From contig JAQGDQ010002370.1 of assembly GCA_030141605.1 (NCBI GenBank), forward strand, positions 89,167-153,166: DNA of 64,000 bases, written 5' to 3'. Positions 1 through 45,410 of the stretch are shown here, one piece after another (the first letter of the stretch is position 1; every line of letters starts with the position of its first letter). Made by a program: the position numbers and the translations under genes. A model generated the notes under the pieces. That model was not told the DNA's origin, searched no databases, and saw only the letters and a program-made list of their open reading frames with translations. This DNA comes from Tubiluchus corallicola (lineage: Eukaryota > Animalia > Priapulida).

Positions 1-926
1 GGTGTTTCCGAAAAGTTTTTCAGTTGCCTGCACATCATTGTACTTTGTAAATGGTCATCTAAATACTGTATTATAGTAACAGTTTCTCTGTCTTTATTGT
101 TCTACTTTTTGTTAATGGCTTTCCTGGCTGTCCTACTCATTGTTACACTTATGTGCTCATTTTGATTGGTCTGCATTTTTGTAAATTGTGGTTAGAGTTA
201 TCTGAGATAGAATTGAACAAATGGTCATATAATGTCCAGTTTTGTGGATTTAAAAATTTTCTTTTCTATTTTATGCTAGCTATGGCAGTTTGCTGAGAAA
301 TATTATAAATACATTGTTTTTTTGGAATGGAGCAATTAACACCACACTTTCACATAGTATAGCCAAATGTTATCAGACGAGGCATATCTAGGTAACCATA
401 CAGCAGCAATATCTTCACAGTGATTTGGGTAAATAGTGGCTTCTTTATAAAGAGGCACCTTAACAAATAAAATTTCAGTGCTTAAGGTAAGGCCGAGAAA
501 CTGAAAAATTGATTATTAAATGAGAGAAGGTGGCAAAATGTTTAAAACAAAATGCTGCTGACTGGGGAGTTGTTAAGCGAGAACTTACTGTACCTAACAT
601 TTAGCCAAGATGGTTTACCTATAACAGGTTTGCGTGGCTGCAAAGTACTTTATATATACACTTGTCCAAGACAATGAATTTTGTGTACTGGTTTTGCATG
701 CCAGGTGTATCGTTTATTCCGTACCATCTCAGAGGTTTTATCCATTGTAACATGAATGCATTTATGACCTGCATCACCAATTTCCCTGAAAAATGTTATG
801 TAAAAATATTAAATGTTTGGACGACAAATTTTCAGCTGTGAAACATTTTATGCTTTAGTTAAGGCATTTAAAAAGGGCCCGGTATTTACTTTTTAATTAA
901 TGTGGCTCACCAAAGTTTTTTTGCAG

Positions 927-3900
927 GTTGCTATGCAAAAACAACTGTTAGTTGCAGCGGGTGTTGTTTTTCCCTTGCTCATCTATACGAAGTATGTTGC
1001 GAATGATTACTATACAGCATTAAATAGGCTTGGAATAGCCTGTTGTTTGATGGGCGTTATTTTTTTTGGATCTCCTTTGGTGTCTATGGTAAGTATCAAC
1101 AAGAGTATAAATCTAAGCAGTTGAACTGTGTAGCTGTGATTGTTGATTTTCTGAGTTAGTTTAAGAACTTATTTATCTGTTGGCAGTAGCTTGGTAGATT
1201 TATTTTTTATCAATAAAAATTTGATAATTGTCTGCCCAGCTCCTAATGTGCAACATTCAGGTAATAACAGTGTATCGGTGTTTGTGTTTTCATGTTAACA
1301 AACTAATCTACTATTGAGTGCAAAAATTTATGAGAAAAAAATATAATTTTCAATTCATGAGACGTGCTTATGGTATTTTAATTAATATTTGGTCAAAGAA
1401 AAAGCTTTGCAATTAAAATATCATATAAATAAGAGTAGATCATAGCTGAAGAAAACGCTTTTACTTTAATAAAAATTTAACTCTGTGAGTTAAACTCTTA
1501 TTTCAAGTCAGATCACAAATACCATATTTTGACAGCAAGCACTGCAAGCTTTTTCAGTAAATTTGTCAGAATTTACATTGAAATTAAATTTACTGTTGTT
1601 GTAGCTATTTTGTAACTAAGGTTGTGAAAGTTACATGGCGGGCTTTTATGATAAATGTACAAAAAATTGACTGCATTGCCAAGTTTACTAAAGCGTTGAT
1701 GCAAGTGCTCAGCTTGTAGGAAAATTTGCATGGTTGCTGCACATTTTTATTGAGGGATGGTCAGGAGCTACCCTTCCAAATATGTTTAAGCACTTTAGCT
1801 GGTGCTCTCTTTTGTCCCAGAGAAATATCTTTTTTGACAATGAACTAGGTTAGGGTCCAACCAATATCAGCTCCATTATTAGACTCTGTCATTGAGTAAG
1901 TTTCCTGCTCTCGGTAGCATGTCATTTATACATGCATTGTGAAACTGTGAATTGTTGATTTTCCGTGTATGCTCTATTTGAAAGCATTTTGCTTGGTTTA
2001 TGAACTAATTCACCTTTAACCAAATATCGAACTGTGTTTTCATGTTGTATTCAGAATTTTGGATTCTTAGTTTACAAAGAGCACCTGTAGTTGAGTGTGC
2101 TTAATGCTATGCATTAATCAAGAAGAGTTGGAATGCAGTACTGTACACTGCAAGTCTGCAAGCTAGAATACAAAATTCAGTGGCTGGGTCTACTCAATTG
2201 AATGTTTATAGCAAGACCAATATCAAGGCCAGCCTTGGTTCTATTGTTAACTAATGATTGCTACTTCCTAGTAACAGCACCATGCTTTTAGGCAGTGCAC
2301 CTCACTTCTAATACTATGCTAACATATACATTGTTATATTTTGAGTTCATGGGCAAATTGTTTGCATGCAATGGTTTTAGACAATTAATATTAATTGTAT
2401 GATTTATGTTTGCAGGGTAAAGTTATTCGCTCAAAAAGTACGGAATGTATGTCATTTTATTTGTCACTTGTCACATTTCTGGTTTCTCTAGAATGGTGGA
2501 TATATGGTTGGTTGATAGAGGATTACTTTGTACAGGTATGTTTACATCTGTACCAAATTTAAAGTAAAAATGCAGATATGCAACGTGGCAACTGCCACAT
2601 GATGTGCTACAAGTAAGCATGGACAAACAAAAAACTTCAGAAATTTTCTCTGGCACAATCAGTTTTTACGTGAAATTTAAAAAAAATTAACTCGACTCAA
2701 CTTAAAAGAGAGGGTCGAGCATGGTTTGTATGCCTGTACTTTTACGCATATACAAAGAAAGTTGTAATATCTAATTGACATTTTGCCAGTGGTCATGTTT
2801 TTCATCTTGATAAAGTAAACAGAGTCTAAACATTTAAATGCAGTCTTGAGGAAAAATCATTTTGGTAAATTGTATTTTAATGGCAGTCTGCTATTTTTGG
2901 TATTTGGACTGTGACTTGTATTTGGTGTTACATTTATACTTTCTGAAACTTCACAATCAGAATGTATTTTCATAAAAGTTTATATATGGGTCTTTCTTGC
3001 TTTTGCTTATTTTGTTGTAGTCCACGTCAGAAATTTAGACAAATTGTTGTAGTAGTGGCCTTATGGCTCTCCTTGAAAATATTCAGTTAAATGCGTCTCA
3101 TACTTGTGCTGACAGAATGTTTGGATCCAGTAAAGTCAATCTGTGTAGCAAGTCTTAACCTAATCCATGCAGTTTATGTTTCTGTACAAACTTATCAATC
3201 GGTTAGTTCCATGATATTTGTGTGATATATTGCCACCAAAAGTCAATTATGTCACACCATATCCAGTACGCAATGGCGATGATTTTAGAAACTTTAATCA
3301 TCATTTGTCTTCGTTTGCTAATTTGTTTTTTGTTTCTGTTGTAAATTCATGGAATATTCTTCCTCTCTATATTTGTAATAGTGCGTCTTTATCGTATTTT
3401 AAATTACATTAAAAAACACTTGAGTTTCAACAGACGCCTCAATTATTACTTTTGTGGTGACCATAAACTAGCTGTTCATCATACGCGAATACTGGTTGAC
3501 TATTCTCAAGTAAGCTTTGACCTGAGCCAATGATGGAACCCTTGTTTTACCTACATGTAGATGTGGTGCCTCTTTTGAAACCATTATTTGTTTTCTAACT
3601 AGCTGTTCATCATACGCGAATACTGGTTGACTATTCTCAAGTAAGCTTTGACCTGAGCCAATGATGGAACCCTTGTTTTACCTACATGTAGATGTGGTGC
3701 CTCTTTTGAAACCATTAGTTGTTTTCTAACTGGCTGCCCTTTATATCGCCAGGCTCGAGATATCTTACTAAACAAACTGTGTACTTAGTTAATTCCATAC
3801 AATATTAAAATTCATATGCAGCCAACAAATGAACACGTTTATCTGCTTTTTCGTGGTAATCAACACTTAAATATAACTACTAATATGCAAGTATTTAAAC

Positions 3901-4462
3901 TTGTACAGAAATTTATATTTCTTACTAAGCACTTCTAACCATTGTATTAGTTTACATAGCTAGCAGACTGTTCAGTTATTGTTTGCACTCTTCTGAGTGT
4001 TACGTTCCATTGGCAAGCAGCTTTATCAATTGTAAAACTGCTTTGTGCAAGCCACAGGGTAATCTCTGTCATATTACAATAAAACTACGTTTAAAGTAAA
4101 TTGAGTCAAAGAGCTCTTACTGAAAGTTATGGTTTCTGCCTTTTTAAAACCGTAATTAGAATCGTAGTCGTCCTAGTCATAAACAAATATTATTATAACA
4201 TGCTTTTAGGGTAGTCTTTGTAAACACGTTAAACAGTTGCTGTTTTTTTATTATTTTTACAATTGTTTGTCAAACTCTATATAGGTGGGCACATATAGCA
4301 TATTTTTCTATACTGTTGAAGGTTCCAAACTTTTTGGGTACAGTTTTGGGCACAACGCAGTTGGCTTTATTTCTCAAGTATCCAAGCAAATCCGAAGATG
4401 GTCTAATTAGTCGAAGTGTTAGTCAACCAGTAATGCCAACGAATATGGGAAATTTTGTGTGA
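927..4462 (+). CDS. SLC50A1: SWEET (MtN3/saliva) sugar transporter, last three coding exons (927-1088, 2416-2535, 4322-4462); 5' part lies outside the window
   Basis: Phase-0 GT-AG exons join to give ...FFGSPLVSM|GKVIRSKSTECMSF...WWIYGWLIEDYFVQ|VPNFLG...QLALFLKYP*, the second MtN3 repeat (SPL, VIRxKSTE, WxxYG, PNxxG). AATAAA near 5123. Confidence 0.9.
3170..3775 (+). mobile_element. 5'-truncated CR1-type LINE relic (ORF2 C-terminus plus 3' UTR) in a SWEET intron
   Basis: ORF 3218-3412 ends FFVSVVNSWNILPLYICNSASLSYFK, matching the CR1/L2-group C-terminal pattern FFxRVVxxWNxLP...SLxxFK. Boundaries approximate. Confidence 0.65.
3466..3731. repeat. 131-bp tandem duplication (2 copies, one visible mismatch)
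   Basis: aactagctgttcatcatacgcg... starts at 3466 and 3597; copies differ at ccattatttg vs ccattagttg. Confidence 0.95.
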
Positions 4463-6524
4463 TAAATGACAAACGATTTTTATTTCTATGACTAGTCTTT
4501 GTAACTGCTATTGTACGACTAAGCATTGAAGGTTAAGAAGAAAGCAATGCAACTAACATTTTTCAGACTTTTACTAAACATGATTTTAGTGGTATTTTTT
4601 GATCACTATGTAATAGGTGTATTTAGAAAGTTATCATACCGTAAAGTTTTTTAGTTCTTTAGATTTTAAGTTGAAATATTCATTTTTGTCTTTTTAAAAA
4701 CCCCTCTATTAATATGTGACGAATTATATGCTTGTGGTTATTATGACCAAACAGTGCATCGTCTATACGTTTGTGTGCTTTTTTTTTTTATGCTACAAAT
4801 ATTGCATACATTATACTTATTTTATACTTAATTTCACACAAAGAATATCAGTGCTTTCTTTTTGAAATACTTAAAAATACTTGAAGATGTGCACATTTTT
4901 TCTGGTTAGTGTTTATATTGTTTATGGCATCAATAATATGTAATAGTTTTATTTATTTAACCAAAAGCATCCAGGGTACATTAATAAGTGTTCATTATTG
5001 TTCCCTTACAACCATGTGACAACCATGTTGCTAAGCAGTTACATTTTAAAAGTATTGTGAAAGAAAAAAGTTTTCTGTGTTTCTGTTGTAAATAATTTGG
5101 GTCTGGCTGTATTCACTTGTGAAATAAAACTTTTATCAAACAAAAAAGTCTTGGCTTTTTGCATAATTTTCTAATGCCATTAAAATCCTTATAGTTCTAG
5201 ACTCATATCTTATGTAAAAAAAATATCTGCTTTCCTGCTTTATACCTTGCCTATCCTGCAACACTTTCAGTTCTGATTCATACAAAACGGTTGCATGAAA
5301 TATGTGACCCTAATCAGCTTGTCAGAAATAAAAAGGTATACTTGAAACTTGCAAATTTTAGTTATTGTTCCGGTCATGTAGCTGCTTATAAATGTTCAAG
5401 ATGCAGTATGAGATTGGACAATGAAAAAAACTAGCTAGATTCTTAGCATATTAAGGGTATCTTATTAAGAATCATATATACGCCTACTATTGCTTTAATT
5501 ATGTACTCAGATAGGAAAAGTACTACAATTGGTTTATCATGTGTATATTAAACAAAATACATTGATGACATTATTATTTAAAATTCTAATTTTAGAATTA
5601 CCAATTAGTGGTGGAATGAATTCACAATTATTGAAATTTTAAAACTAAATTAGACAGGAAGAAAGCAGGTGTGAAAAAGTTGAGTCTGAGTCTGAATACA
5701 AATGTCCTTGGTGCAGATTCAGGTTCCACTTTTTTCTAATCTTCTTTCTTTTGGTTGTAGTTTGGTTTCAGGTGCATTTCAGTATTGACATTTCATTAAG
5801 TGCATTGCAGTTTTTGTGGCCAACAAATTGTAGCTTCTTGATCAATTTTATTTAACTCTATTTATTCAAAATGAATTTATCATTATTATTGAAAGTTTAA
5901 CTTTTCAGCTGTAAGACTTGCCAATATAATCCCAAGACCCCAAGGGTGTGTTCACAAAGTGCAGAATAAGTTGTGCCTTTGTGGTTACATTCTGTTTTGG
6001 TTACTAAATGTTTACGTGGAACTTGTGCAATTTATGTGAAACTTGATTTATTCTAACTGTCCTTGTCCGCACAAGTTTATACCTCTTCAGCTTTTAGGAG
6101 CAGTATATGCAGAAGCAAAATATACAAAAATAATTATTAAAGTTTTTTGGGTTGATCTACTAAATGTGTAGATCGCCCATAAAGTATTACTGTATAAGCA
6201 ATTGTATGTTGAGCCATACTTTGAATGCTTTAAAGCTATTTAATGCAATTATGTGCATCATCGATGTTATTGCATTTCATATCCTGTTTTACACAGAGGT
6301 TGTAAATCGCTTACAGGAAAAGGAAAGCGTTTAGTCATACCTCAGATGTAAAACGTCACTGGGGACTAATAATGACTCACAGGCTGAGACTAATATCATT
6401 GAATTTTTTTGCAAATGTGAGACATGTATGTTGTATGTATGTTGGAGTATATTGTGATGCTTGCAAACCTATTTTATTTTTAAAGACTAAGCACCAGTTT
6501 AACCCCCACTCAGCAACATTATAG

Positions 6525-37661
<31,137 letters not shown>

Positions 37662-37682
37662 GTGATATGTTTGTTTTCATTG

Positions 37683-38354
37683 AGGGCTGTCTTAACGCAT
37701 GGACACACTGGGCAGTTGCCTGGTGGCTCCATGAGCATAGAGGCCCTGTGGTAACCTACGTTGAGTTGAGACTTACTGTCAATAAATAATTGAAATCTGT
37801 TTTTCTCAATGTTGAAATTGCACTCAGAATTTTCATGTGCATGATGGTAACCAACTATGCTAGAGGACTTTCATTTTTAAGACTGAAGTTTTTAAAAAAA
37901 ATCTGCTTTGTAACACATTGAGGCAGCAGCGTTTGAATTAAGTTTCACTCATGTGTATTGAAAATGACATCATGAAGACCATTGGCTTTAAGCCAGTTAT
38001 AAAGCATTTCTCTGCAAAGAAATTTCGCAAATGTTTGTGTTGAATATACTTGATTAATACTAAATAATTCATGTTAATTTTATACTGTGCCATCTCCATT
38101 TGTATGGTTTCCCAGTTATGTATCATTTATGCACATTTGTTTACAATTTTTCTGTTTTTTCAAGGCTCATACTATATTGTTCAAATATTGTGTTGATTAA
38201 GCATTGCTGTGCAGCATGTTGGAAGTTCCAATACAGTTACCATGTGTTTAATTTTATCGACCATTTACATTTTTATTCGTGTGAGTGGTTGTTTATGTAG
38301 GAGCCCCTGTGCACTGGTTTGCCCGGGGACCTATAATGCTGTTAAGACGGCCAG
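37683..38354. mobile_element. Non-autonomous hAT-like element just downstream of the integrin stop codon
   Basis: Imperfect TIRs AGGGCTGTCTTAAC / GTTAAGACGGCCAG; flanks TTTCATTG / TTTAATTG (7 of 8 match, degenerate 8-bp TSD). Confidence 0.7.
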
Positions 38355-40522
38355 TTTAATTGTTTTTCTGAATCAATCGGTTTTTTGACTATATTTTTCC
38401 TTAATGAAGTCAACTCATAAATAGTTCCCCTGTCAAAAAGGTAAAAAAAAGAAAAAATTGGTTTGTGACTGATTGTTTTTATCCAGATAAGTTATGTTTA
38501 AAGACGAATGAAGACATTTTGCTTCAAGTGATTGAGTATACCAGTGGTAATAAATGTATTTTATCACTAAATTACGAAAATATGTTCCTTCATTAGTCAT
38601 GTTTAATGATTTTCATGCCTTGCTGTTTCAATGGTTACCTAGATTCTCCACACTGACACCCAGCAGCCTACACAGTAGTTAGCTGTTCTATTATGATGAC
38701 TCAGCCACTGTAATGCTAAGCATGTAAGAAAGAAATGGAATGTAAGTAAATCCAAATATTACTGAAGAAAGCAGCTAGGAACAAACAGCCACTGGACATG
38801 GGCTACTTTTTGCAGTGCTATTACCAGGAATTGCAATTGTAATCGTAGGTAACGTTGTACACTGTACAACTGCAAATAAATGTTGAACTTATCTCAGTAT
38901 TTACTTTGTGGGCTTTCACTCAGGAGTGTTACTCAGTATAAAGTTTACATGTAAAATGCACTTTATGAGACATTTCATTACATAACTAAGATCGAAATAA
39001 TTTTCAATTGAATCGAAATTTCAACTGATTGCTAATGCTGGTTATCATACACAGCGACAGCTGTTGCGCCACTAGGTTACTCTACAATTCCAGCTATAAC
39101 TATTTGAATAAAATTTTTCTACACTAAATTTTTAACAATGTTCACTCTTACTGGTTAGAAGACTGAAGCCATTAAAAATTGGCTTTCTCACCTAAAGTCG
39201 TTACCACAGTAAACCCACATCATTCAACTGAAAATTATTACATTTTTTATTTGCTAAATTTACAAATTTTCTAATTATTAGATCAGTTTTATCTAAAAGA
39301 ATGAATCAAATAAAACTAATTTTTAACCATATACACATACATGATTAATAATTAAAAATAACTGCATGTAGAAATAATTTCAAAACCAAAGGTCTAATGA
39401 ACAGGAGTGATAATTTTAACCTCAACACTGATGTTTCATACATACACCTTTAATGTGGTATGTTGCTTAGAGAAAGACATACACTGTTTAGTAACAAACT
39501 GGCCAGGAAAAAATTAACCAGGCTATGCAACACTATATGCATTGGTTTCTGTTGATGAGACTATGCATATAAGGTATCAACTACTGACTTGTTCACAATC
39601 CTGTTTGCATAGGAAAAACGTCCATAAGTCGGCAGGTAGGCATTCCTAGTTATTCACACTTCCTGATTTTCCACTTTGATACCTAGCTCATTGGCCATTA
39701 CTCTACATTATTTCTAAGCACAGATGTCAACGTTGAGGTGCATGCTGCATCATGAAAAACATTATTTTGACAAAAGCGGTCCTGAAGTTTGCCATTTTTT
39801 TGTCACATTTCTACAAAAACACTATCAACGTATGGAAAAGTGGTTGCTAAAAGTGGACTTTGTAAAAGAACACTGCAGTTACAGTTATGAAGCCCAGTAA
39901 ATTTAGCGTTTATTTTTGTAAAAATAACTGATATTGACCCAATTTTTCTACATGTTATTTTGAGTCATTGTAACATAGCTTGAACTATGCCAACTTATGG
40001 ACAGTTTTGGTTTGTTGAGCACACATATGAAAACCAAATAAACAAATTTGAAGAAATTGTTCACATGGTGTTGATGATAAGACATGACATTACACTGAAA
40101 TAATCCGAACTTGACTGATGAAGACAACAACAAAAAAAATTCAGACTAGCATGTCAATATCAATGCATTAGCTATCAGAGTTCAATGTTGGTCATATAAA
40201 AACTAATTAATATATCACATTTTTACAACTTAATCTTTCAATATGGTGCCATACCGACATGCAGAGTATAATGCACACAAGGAAATGCTGTTTATGTTGT
40301 TTACTCAGTAATGTACATTATGTAAAACAAGTTTCATAATTGCAGATAATGACAATTTGGCGACACAAGAATACCGTAAAATTGAAGTCTTTGACTGTAC
40401 CTGACAGAATTTTTATATCCGAATCTACAAGTAACCTAACTATTCTCAGTAAATAAAAACTTGACTCCAGTTGTCAAAGGCTGTTTTATTTTCACATAAT
40501 GCAAAGTAGAAATAGATTACTT

Positions 40523-41194
40523 TCACTCTCTCCTGAGATTATTTAATCTGGCTTGTAGATCATCATCTGCATCAGGAGTTCCTCCGGCTGCCACAGGCTG
40601 TTGTGCTCCTGGCAGTGTTGATGCTTTCAGTGATCCAGCTGCCTGTGGGAGTGAGGAAAGTTCATCTGTCATTTGCAGACCAAGTTCATCCAATACTTGT
40701 GCAACAACAGCGTCACTTTCTTCTTCATCTTCCTCATCGCCCATTGCATCATCGATTACATCAGCCATCATCTCCTCTTTCATATCCATAATTTCAGACT
40801 GCTTTTCAAATTCCATCATAATCTTTTGAATTTGAGGCAGCTTCATTTGCTTGTTCATATTTGTCATTGCTTTTGTAACACCTTTCATAGCTTGAGCCAT
40901 GGAATTTGTCGATTTCAATGTTTGAATTTTGAGTGACACAGCCTGAATATTTGCTCTCATCAACATAAATTTTTTACAATAACGACGAGTTCGAACCAGG
41001 TCCTTTGCCATTATTTTAACTGCATCCATTTGTCCTTGCTTAGCCATTTTCTTTATATCAGCTATAATCTTCTTTTCTGATTGTTCCATTTTTGTACGCT
41101 CACGGTCTAATTCTCTCATGGCTTTATTGAGGGTACGCTGGTTTTGCCTCAGCATTTCTTCTGGTGTTTTCCTTCGACCAAATAACCAATCCAT
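40523..41194 (-). CDS. CHMP2A: Charged multivesicular body protein 2A (Vps2, ESCRT-III), copy 1 (Thr21), intronless CDS
   Basis: MDWLFGRRKTPEEMLRQNQR..., KIMAKDLVRTRRY, C-terminal MIM1-type DDDLQARLNNLRRE; splice acceptor at 41233-41232 in the 5' UTR. Confidence 0.93.
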   Translation of the reverse strand: MDWLFGRRKTPEEMLRQNQRTLNKAMRELDRERTKMEQSEKKIIADIKKMAKQGQMDAVKIMAKDLVRTRRYCKKFMLMRANIQAVSLKIQTLKSTNSMAQAMKGVTKAMTNMNKQMKLPQIQKIMMEFEKQSEIMDMKEEMMADVIDDAMGDEEDEEESDAVVAQVLDELGLQMTDELSSLPQAAGSLKASTLPGAQQPVAAGGTPDADDDLQARLNNLRRE

Positions 41195-41799
41195 TTTGAC
41201 AGTGGTAGAAAACTTTTACTTGCAAATGTATCTGTAAATATAAAACTATTGGTTACAAACATTCCTACTCAAATGCAAAAGCATGTAAATCAGTTTTCTA
41301 AAAGATTATTCTGCACAACTGATAAAAGTTAAGTATTTAATACATACAAAAATGTGTATCGGAGTGACAGTAAACTTAATTTATACAACACAATTATATC
41401 AGCTTAATGGGCATGCATATCGTAAACATCGTTGACTTAAGTCGAATATACTTAACTAAAATAAATTGTTGGACTTGTAATTAGCCTTTATTAGAAGGCT
41501 CACTAGATGCCACAGTCACTGGTTTTGACTTTTGATCCTTTTCTGGTTATACTTGTGGATGTGCTCCCAAATTGCATGCAGTAATGGGATTAACATAAAG
41601 GAAAAAACTCAAAACAAAAATGTGAACCAACTTAGGAAAAAGAGTTGAATTTAAAACTAATGCCCCTTTAGTATTAATAATTTATACTGCCTTTTGCCGA
41701 TAAAGAAAATACATTATCGAGCACAGTCTTTTATCAATTAAAGGTCCACTGACCCTGGTAGACTTGCTGTTAAAATCCACTACTGACTAGGAAGATACA

Positions 41800-42990
41800 A
41801 ATAGAGTATATTCCATTTATAACGAGTTTCAAGGGACTGCCGAAATTTGCTCGCTATAACAGAGTCTCGTTATAGCCGAGGCAAATTGTCCGAGTGAGTG
41901 GGTGTGCTATATAGAAATGAAACCCATAAGGCTGATATGAAACGATGACATAGCACTTTCTTTTGAGACTGGCATAAGTTTTCTAATGAGTGCCACTGTT
42001 CAGCAAATATTTCATCATGAAAGAGTAAACTCTAAACTCTATTATTTCTATTACAGAGGCAGTATTTTATGCAATAAATACCTGCATAAAAGTACTGAGC
42101 GAGTTGTTTTTCTAAACCACAACTGTCATTCATTGCGACATTTGCAGACATTTGAGTGCTTTGTGTGGGTGTTAACGGCGCAAGAGCCTGGATGTCTGCG
42201 TGGGCGGAAAGCATAGCTGGTTTTTTTATTTAAATAGCTGTACAGGCTTAGTATAACTGATTATGAGCATTTCATCATGGGCTGAAACATTGCCTAATAA
42301 TTAACTCTGCACTCTAGCAAGCTGGTTTTTTTTTTATTTAAATAGCTGCACAGGCTTAGTATAACTGATTATGAGCATTTCATCATGGGCTGAAACGTTG
42401 TCTAATAATTAACTCTACACTCCTTTAATTATAAATAAAAGCACTGTGCTATTTTAAAATGGTATTTTTATTAAAAATTAAACTTTGCAAAGTCTCAGAA
42501 TTATTTATTTTGCAAAGCAGAACAGCTTTGGTCGTTGTTGTCTGCATCACATTAAATTTGCAACACTTTATTTAAGGAGCTGTCAAGTTGACTGTTTACT
42601 GTCATCTGATAGCTTCCTAACACGTTGACAAACTTGTTGTTTTTCTGACTCATCCTGCTCGCTTCATTCTACCTGCAGTCTATAGGTTATAATTACAGCA
42701 GCGTTTGTACTAAGCTGTTGACTCACCAGCACATCTGAATGATTGTGCTGTACTTGACAGTTGATACACATAACACAGTGTTTTGGAACTCGCGCTCGTT
42801 ATATGCAGGGTAAATACAATCATGGGGCCAGAAAATTCCCTGATAATAAGCAATATTTTGTAATATCAGAGCTTGCTGTAAGCACGGTTTAAATACATTA
42901 TTTAAGACTAAGACTTAGCGGGCTTTGGAATTTCCTTGTAATATTCAGAAGCCTTGTTTTAACAGGCTTGTTTTATAAATGGTATGATAA
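41800..42990. mobile_element. Non-autonomous pogo/Tigger-like element with an internal ~105-bp tandem repeat (duplicated at about 46688-47878)
   Basis: Degenerate TIRs (ccatttataacgag / cttgttttataaatgg), subterminal cgttata motifs, homology to 7713-8150. Confidence 0.6.
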
Positions 42991-45410
42991 ATTTGTGTTT
43001 CGCTAGCATTGAAACACTTCGAATTTAGTGCCAAGCACACGTCTTGCGAAAAAATAAAAATCGAGGAAAAAAGTGGCGTCCCACTAGGAACCCTCGCTGT
43101 ACTTATATGTGGGCAAACTCAAGCAGTAATAGAGAGACTGTGGCACCTGAATGAAAGTATAAACCCTCCTAGAACAATGTGCTTAAGAGTTGCTAGGTTA
43201 TGCTATAAAGTAATGGATTGAGGGACTAAATTAACATCATAGTCACTCTACACTGTGTTACTATAAACTTGTTGTTCCTTGCAATTTAGTAAACTGAAGA
43301 CTTTGATTCTTATAAGTTTATTTGCTATATAAAAAAAAGAAAAAATTGGTTTGTGACTGATTGTTTTTATCCAGATAAGTTATGTTTAAAGACGAATGAA
43401 GACATTTTGCTTCAAGTGATTGAGTATACCAGTGGTAATAAATGTATTTTATCACTAAATTACGAAAATATGTTCCTTCATTAGTCATGTTTAATGATTT
43501 TCATGCCTTGCTGTTTCAATGGTTACCTAGATTCTCCACACTGACACCCAGCAGCCTACACAGTAGTTAGCTGTTCTATTATGATGACTCAGCCACTGTA
43601 ATGCTAAGCATGTAAGAAAGAAATGGAATGTAAGTAAATCCAAATATTACTGAAGAAAGCAGCTAGGAACAAACAGCCACTGGACATGGGCTACTTTTTG
43701 CAGTGCTATTACCAGGAATTGCAATTGTAATCGTAGGTAACGTTGTACACTGTACAACTGCAAATAAATGTTGAACTTATCTCAGTATTTACTTTGTGGG
43801 CTTTCACTCAGGAGTGTTACTCAGTATAAAGTTTACATGTAAAATGCACTTTATGAGACATTTCATTACATAACTAAGATCGAAATAATTTTCAATTGAA
43901 TCGAAATTTCAACTGATTGCTAATGCTGGTTATCATACACAGCGACAGCTGTTGCGCCACTAGGTTACTCTACAATTCCAGCTATAACTATTTGAATAAA
44001 ATTTTTCTACACTAAATTTTTAACAATGTTCACTCTTACTGGTTAGAAGACTGAAGCCATTAAAAATTGGCTTTCTCACCTAAAGTCGTTACCACAGTAA
44101 ACCCACATCATTCAACTGAAAATTATTACATTTTTTATTTGCTAAATTTACAAATTTTCTAATTATTAGATCAGTTTTATCTAAAAGAATGAATCAAATA
44201 AAACTAATTTTTAACCATATACACATACATGATTAATAATTAAAAATAACTGCATGTAGAAATAATTTCAAAACCAAAGGTCTAATGAACAGGAGTGATA
44301 ATTTTAACCTCAACACTGATGTTTCATACATACACCTTTAATGTGGTATGTTGCTTAGAGAAAGACATACACTGTTTAGTAACAAACTGGCCAGGAAAAA
44401 ATTAACCAGGCTATGCAACACTATATGCATTGGTTTCTGTTGATGAGACTATGCATATAAGGTATCAACTACTGACTTGTTCACAATCCTGTTTGCATAG
44501 GAAAAACGTCCATAAGTCGGCAGGTAGGCATTCCTAGTTATTCACACTTCCTGATTTTCCACTTTGATACCTAGCTCATTGGCCATTACTCTACATTATT
44601 TCTAAGCACAGATGTCAACGTTGAGGTGCATGCTGCATCATGAAAAACATTATTTTGACAAAAGCGGTCCTGAAGTTTGCCATTTTTTTGTCACATTTCT
44701 ACAAAAACACTATCAACGTATGGAAAAGTGGTTGCTAAAAGTGGACTTTGTAAAAGAACACTGCAGTTACAGTTATGAAGCCCAGTAAATTTAGCGTTTA
44801 TTTTTGTAAAAATAACTGATATTGACCCAATTTTTCTACATGTTATTTTGAGTCATTGTAACATAGCTTGAACTATGCCAACTTATGGACAGTTTTGGTT
44901 TGTTGAGCACACATATGAAAACCAAATAAACAAATTTGAAGAAATTGTTCACATGGTGTTGATGATAAGACATGACATTACACTGAAATAATCCGAACTT
45001 GACTGATGAAGACAACAACAAAAAAAATTCAGACTAGCATGTCAATATCAATGCATTAGCTATCAGAGTTCAATGTTGGTCATATAAAAACTAATTAATA
45101 TATCACATTTTTACAACTTAATCTTTCAATATGGTGCCATACCGACATGCAGAGTATAATGCACACAAGGAAATGCTGTTTATGTTGTTTACTCAGTAAT
45201 GTACATTATGTAAAACAAGTTTCATAATTGCAGATAATGACAATTTGGCGACACAAGAATACCGTAAAATTGAAGTCTTTGACTGTACCTGACAGAATTT
45301 TTATATCCGAATCTACAAGTAACCTAACTATTCTCAGTAAATAAAAACTTGACTCCAGTTGTCAAAGGCTGTTTTATTTTCACATAATGCAAAGTAGAAA
45401 TAGATTACTT

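Noticed and set aside
2575-2605. Small hairpin GTGGCA-AC-TGCCAC resembling a Helitron end
   Set aside because: No intact CTAG or matching 5' end found.
3525-3670. C/D-box-like words (ATGATG, CTGA) in the 131-bp repeat
   Set aside because: Imperfect C box, no convincing terminal stem, and the sequence lies in a LINE 3' UTR.
41986-43221. Short ORFs repeated at +4888 (41986, 42032, 43009)
   Set aside because: They recur only because of the tandem duplication, lie in or near a MITE, and show no protein motifs.
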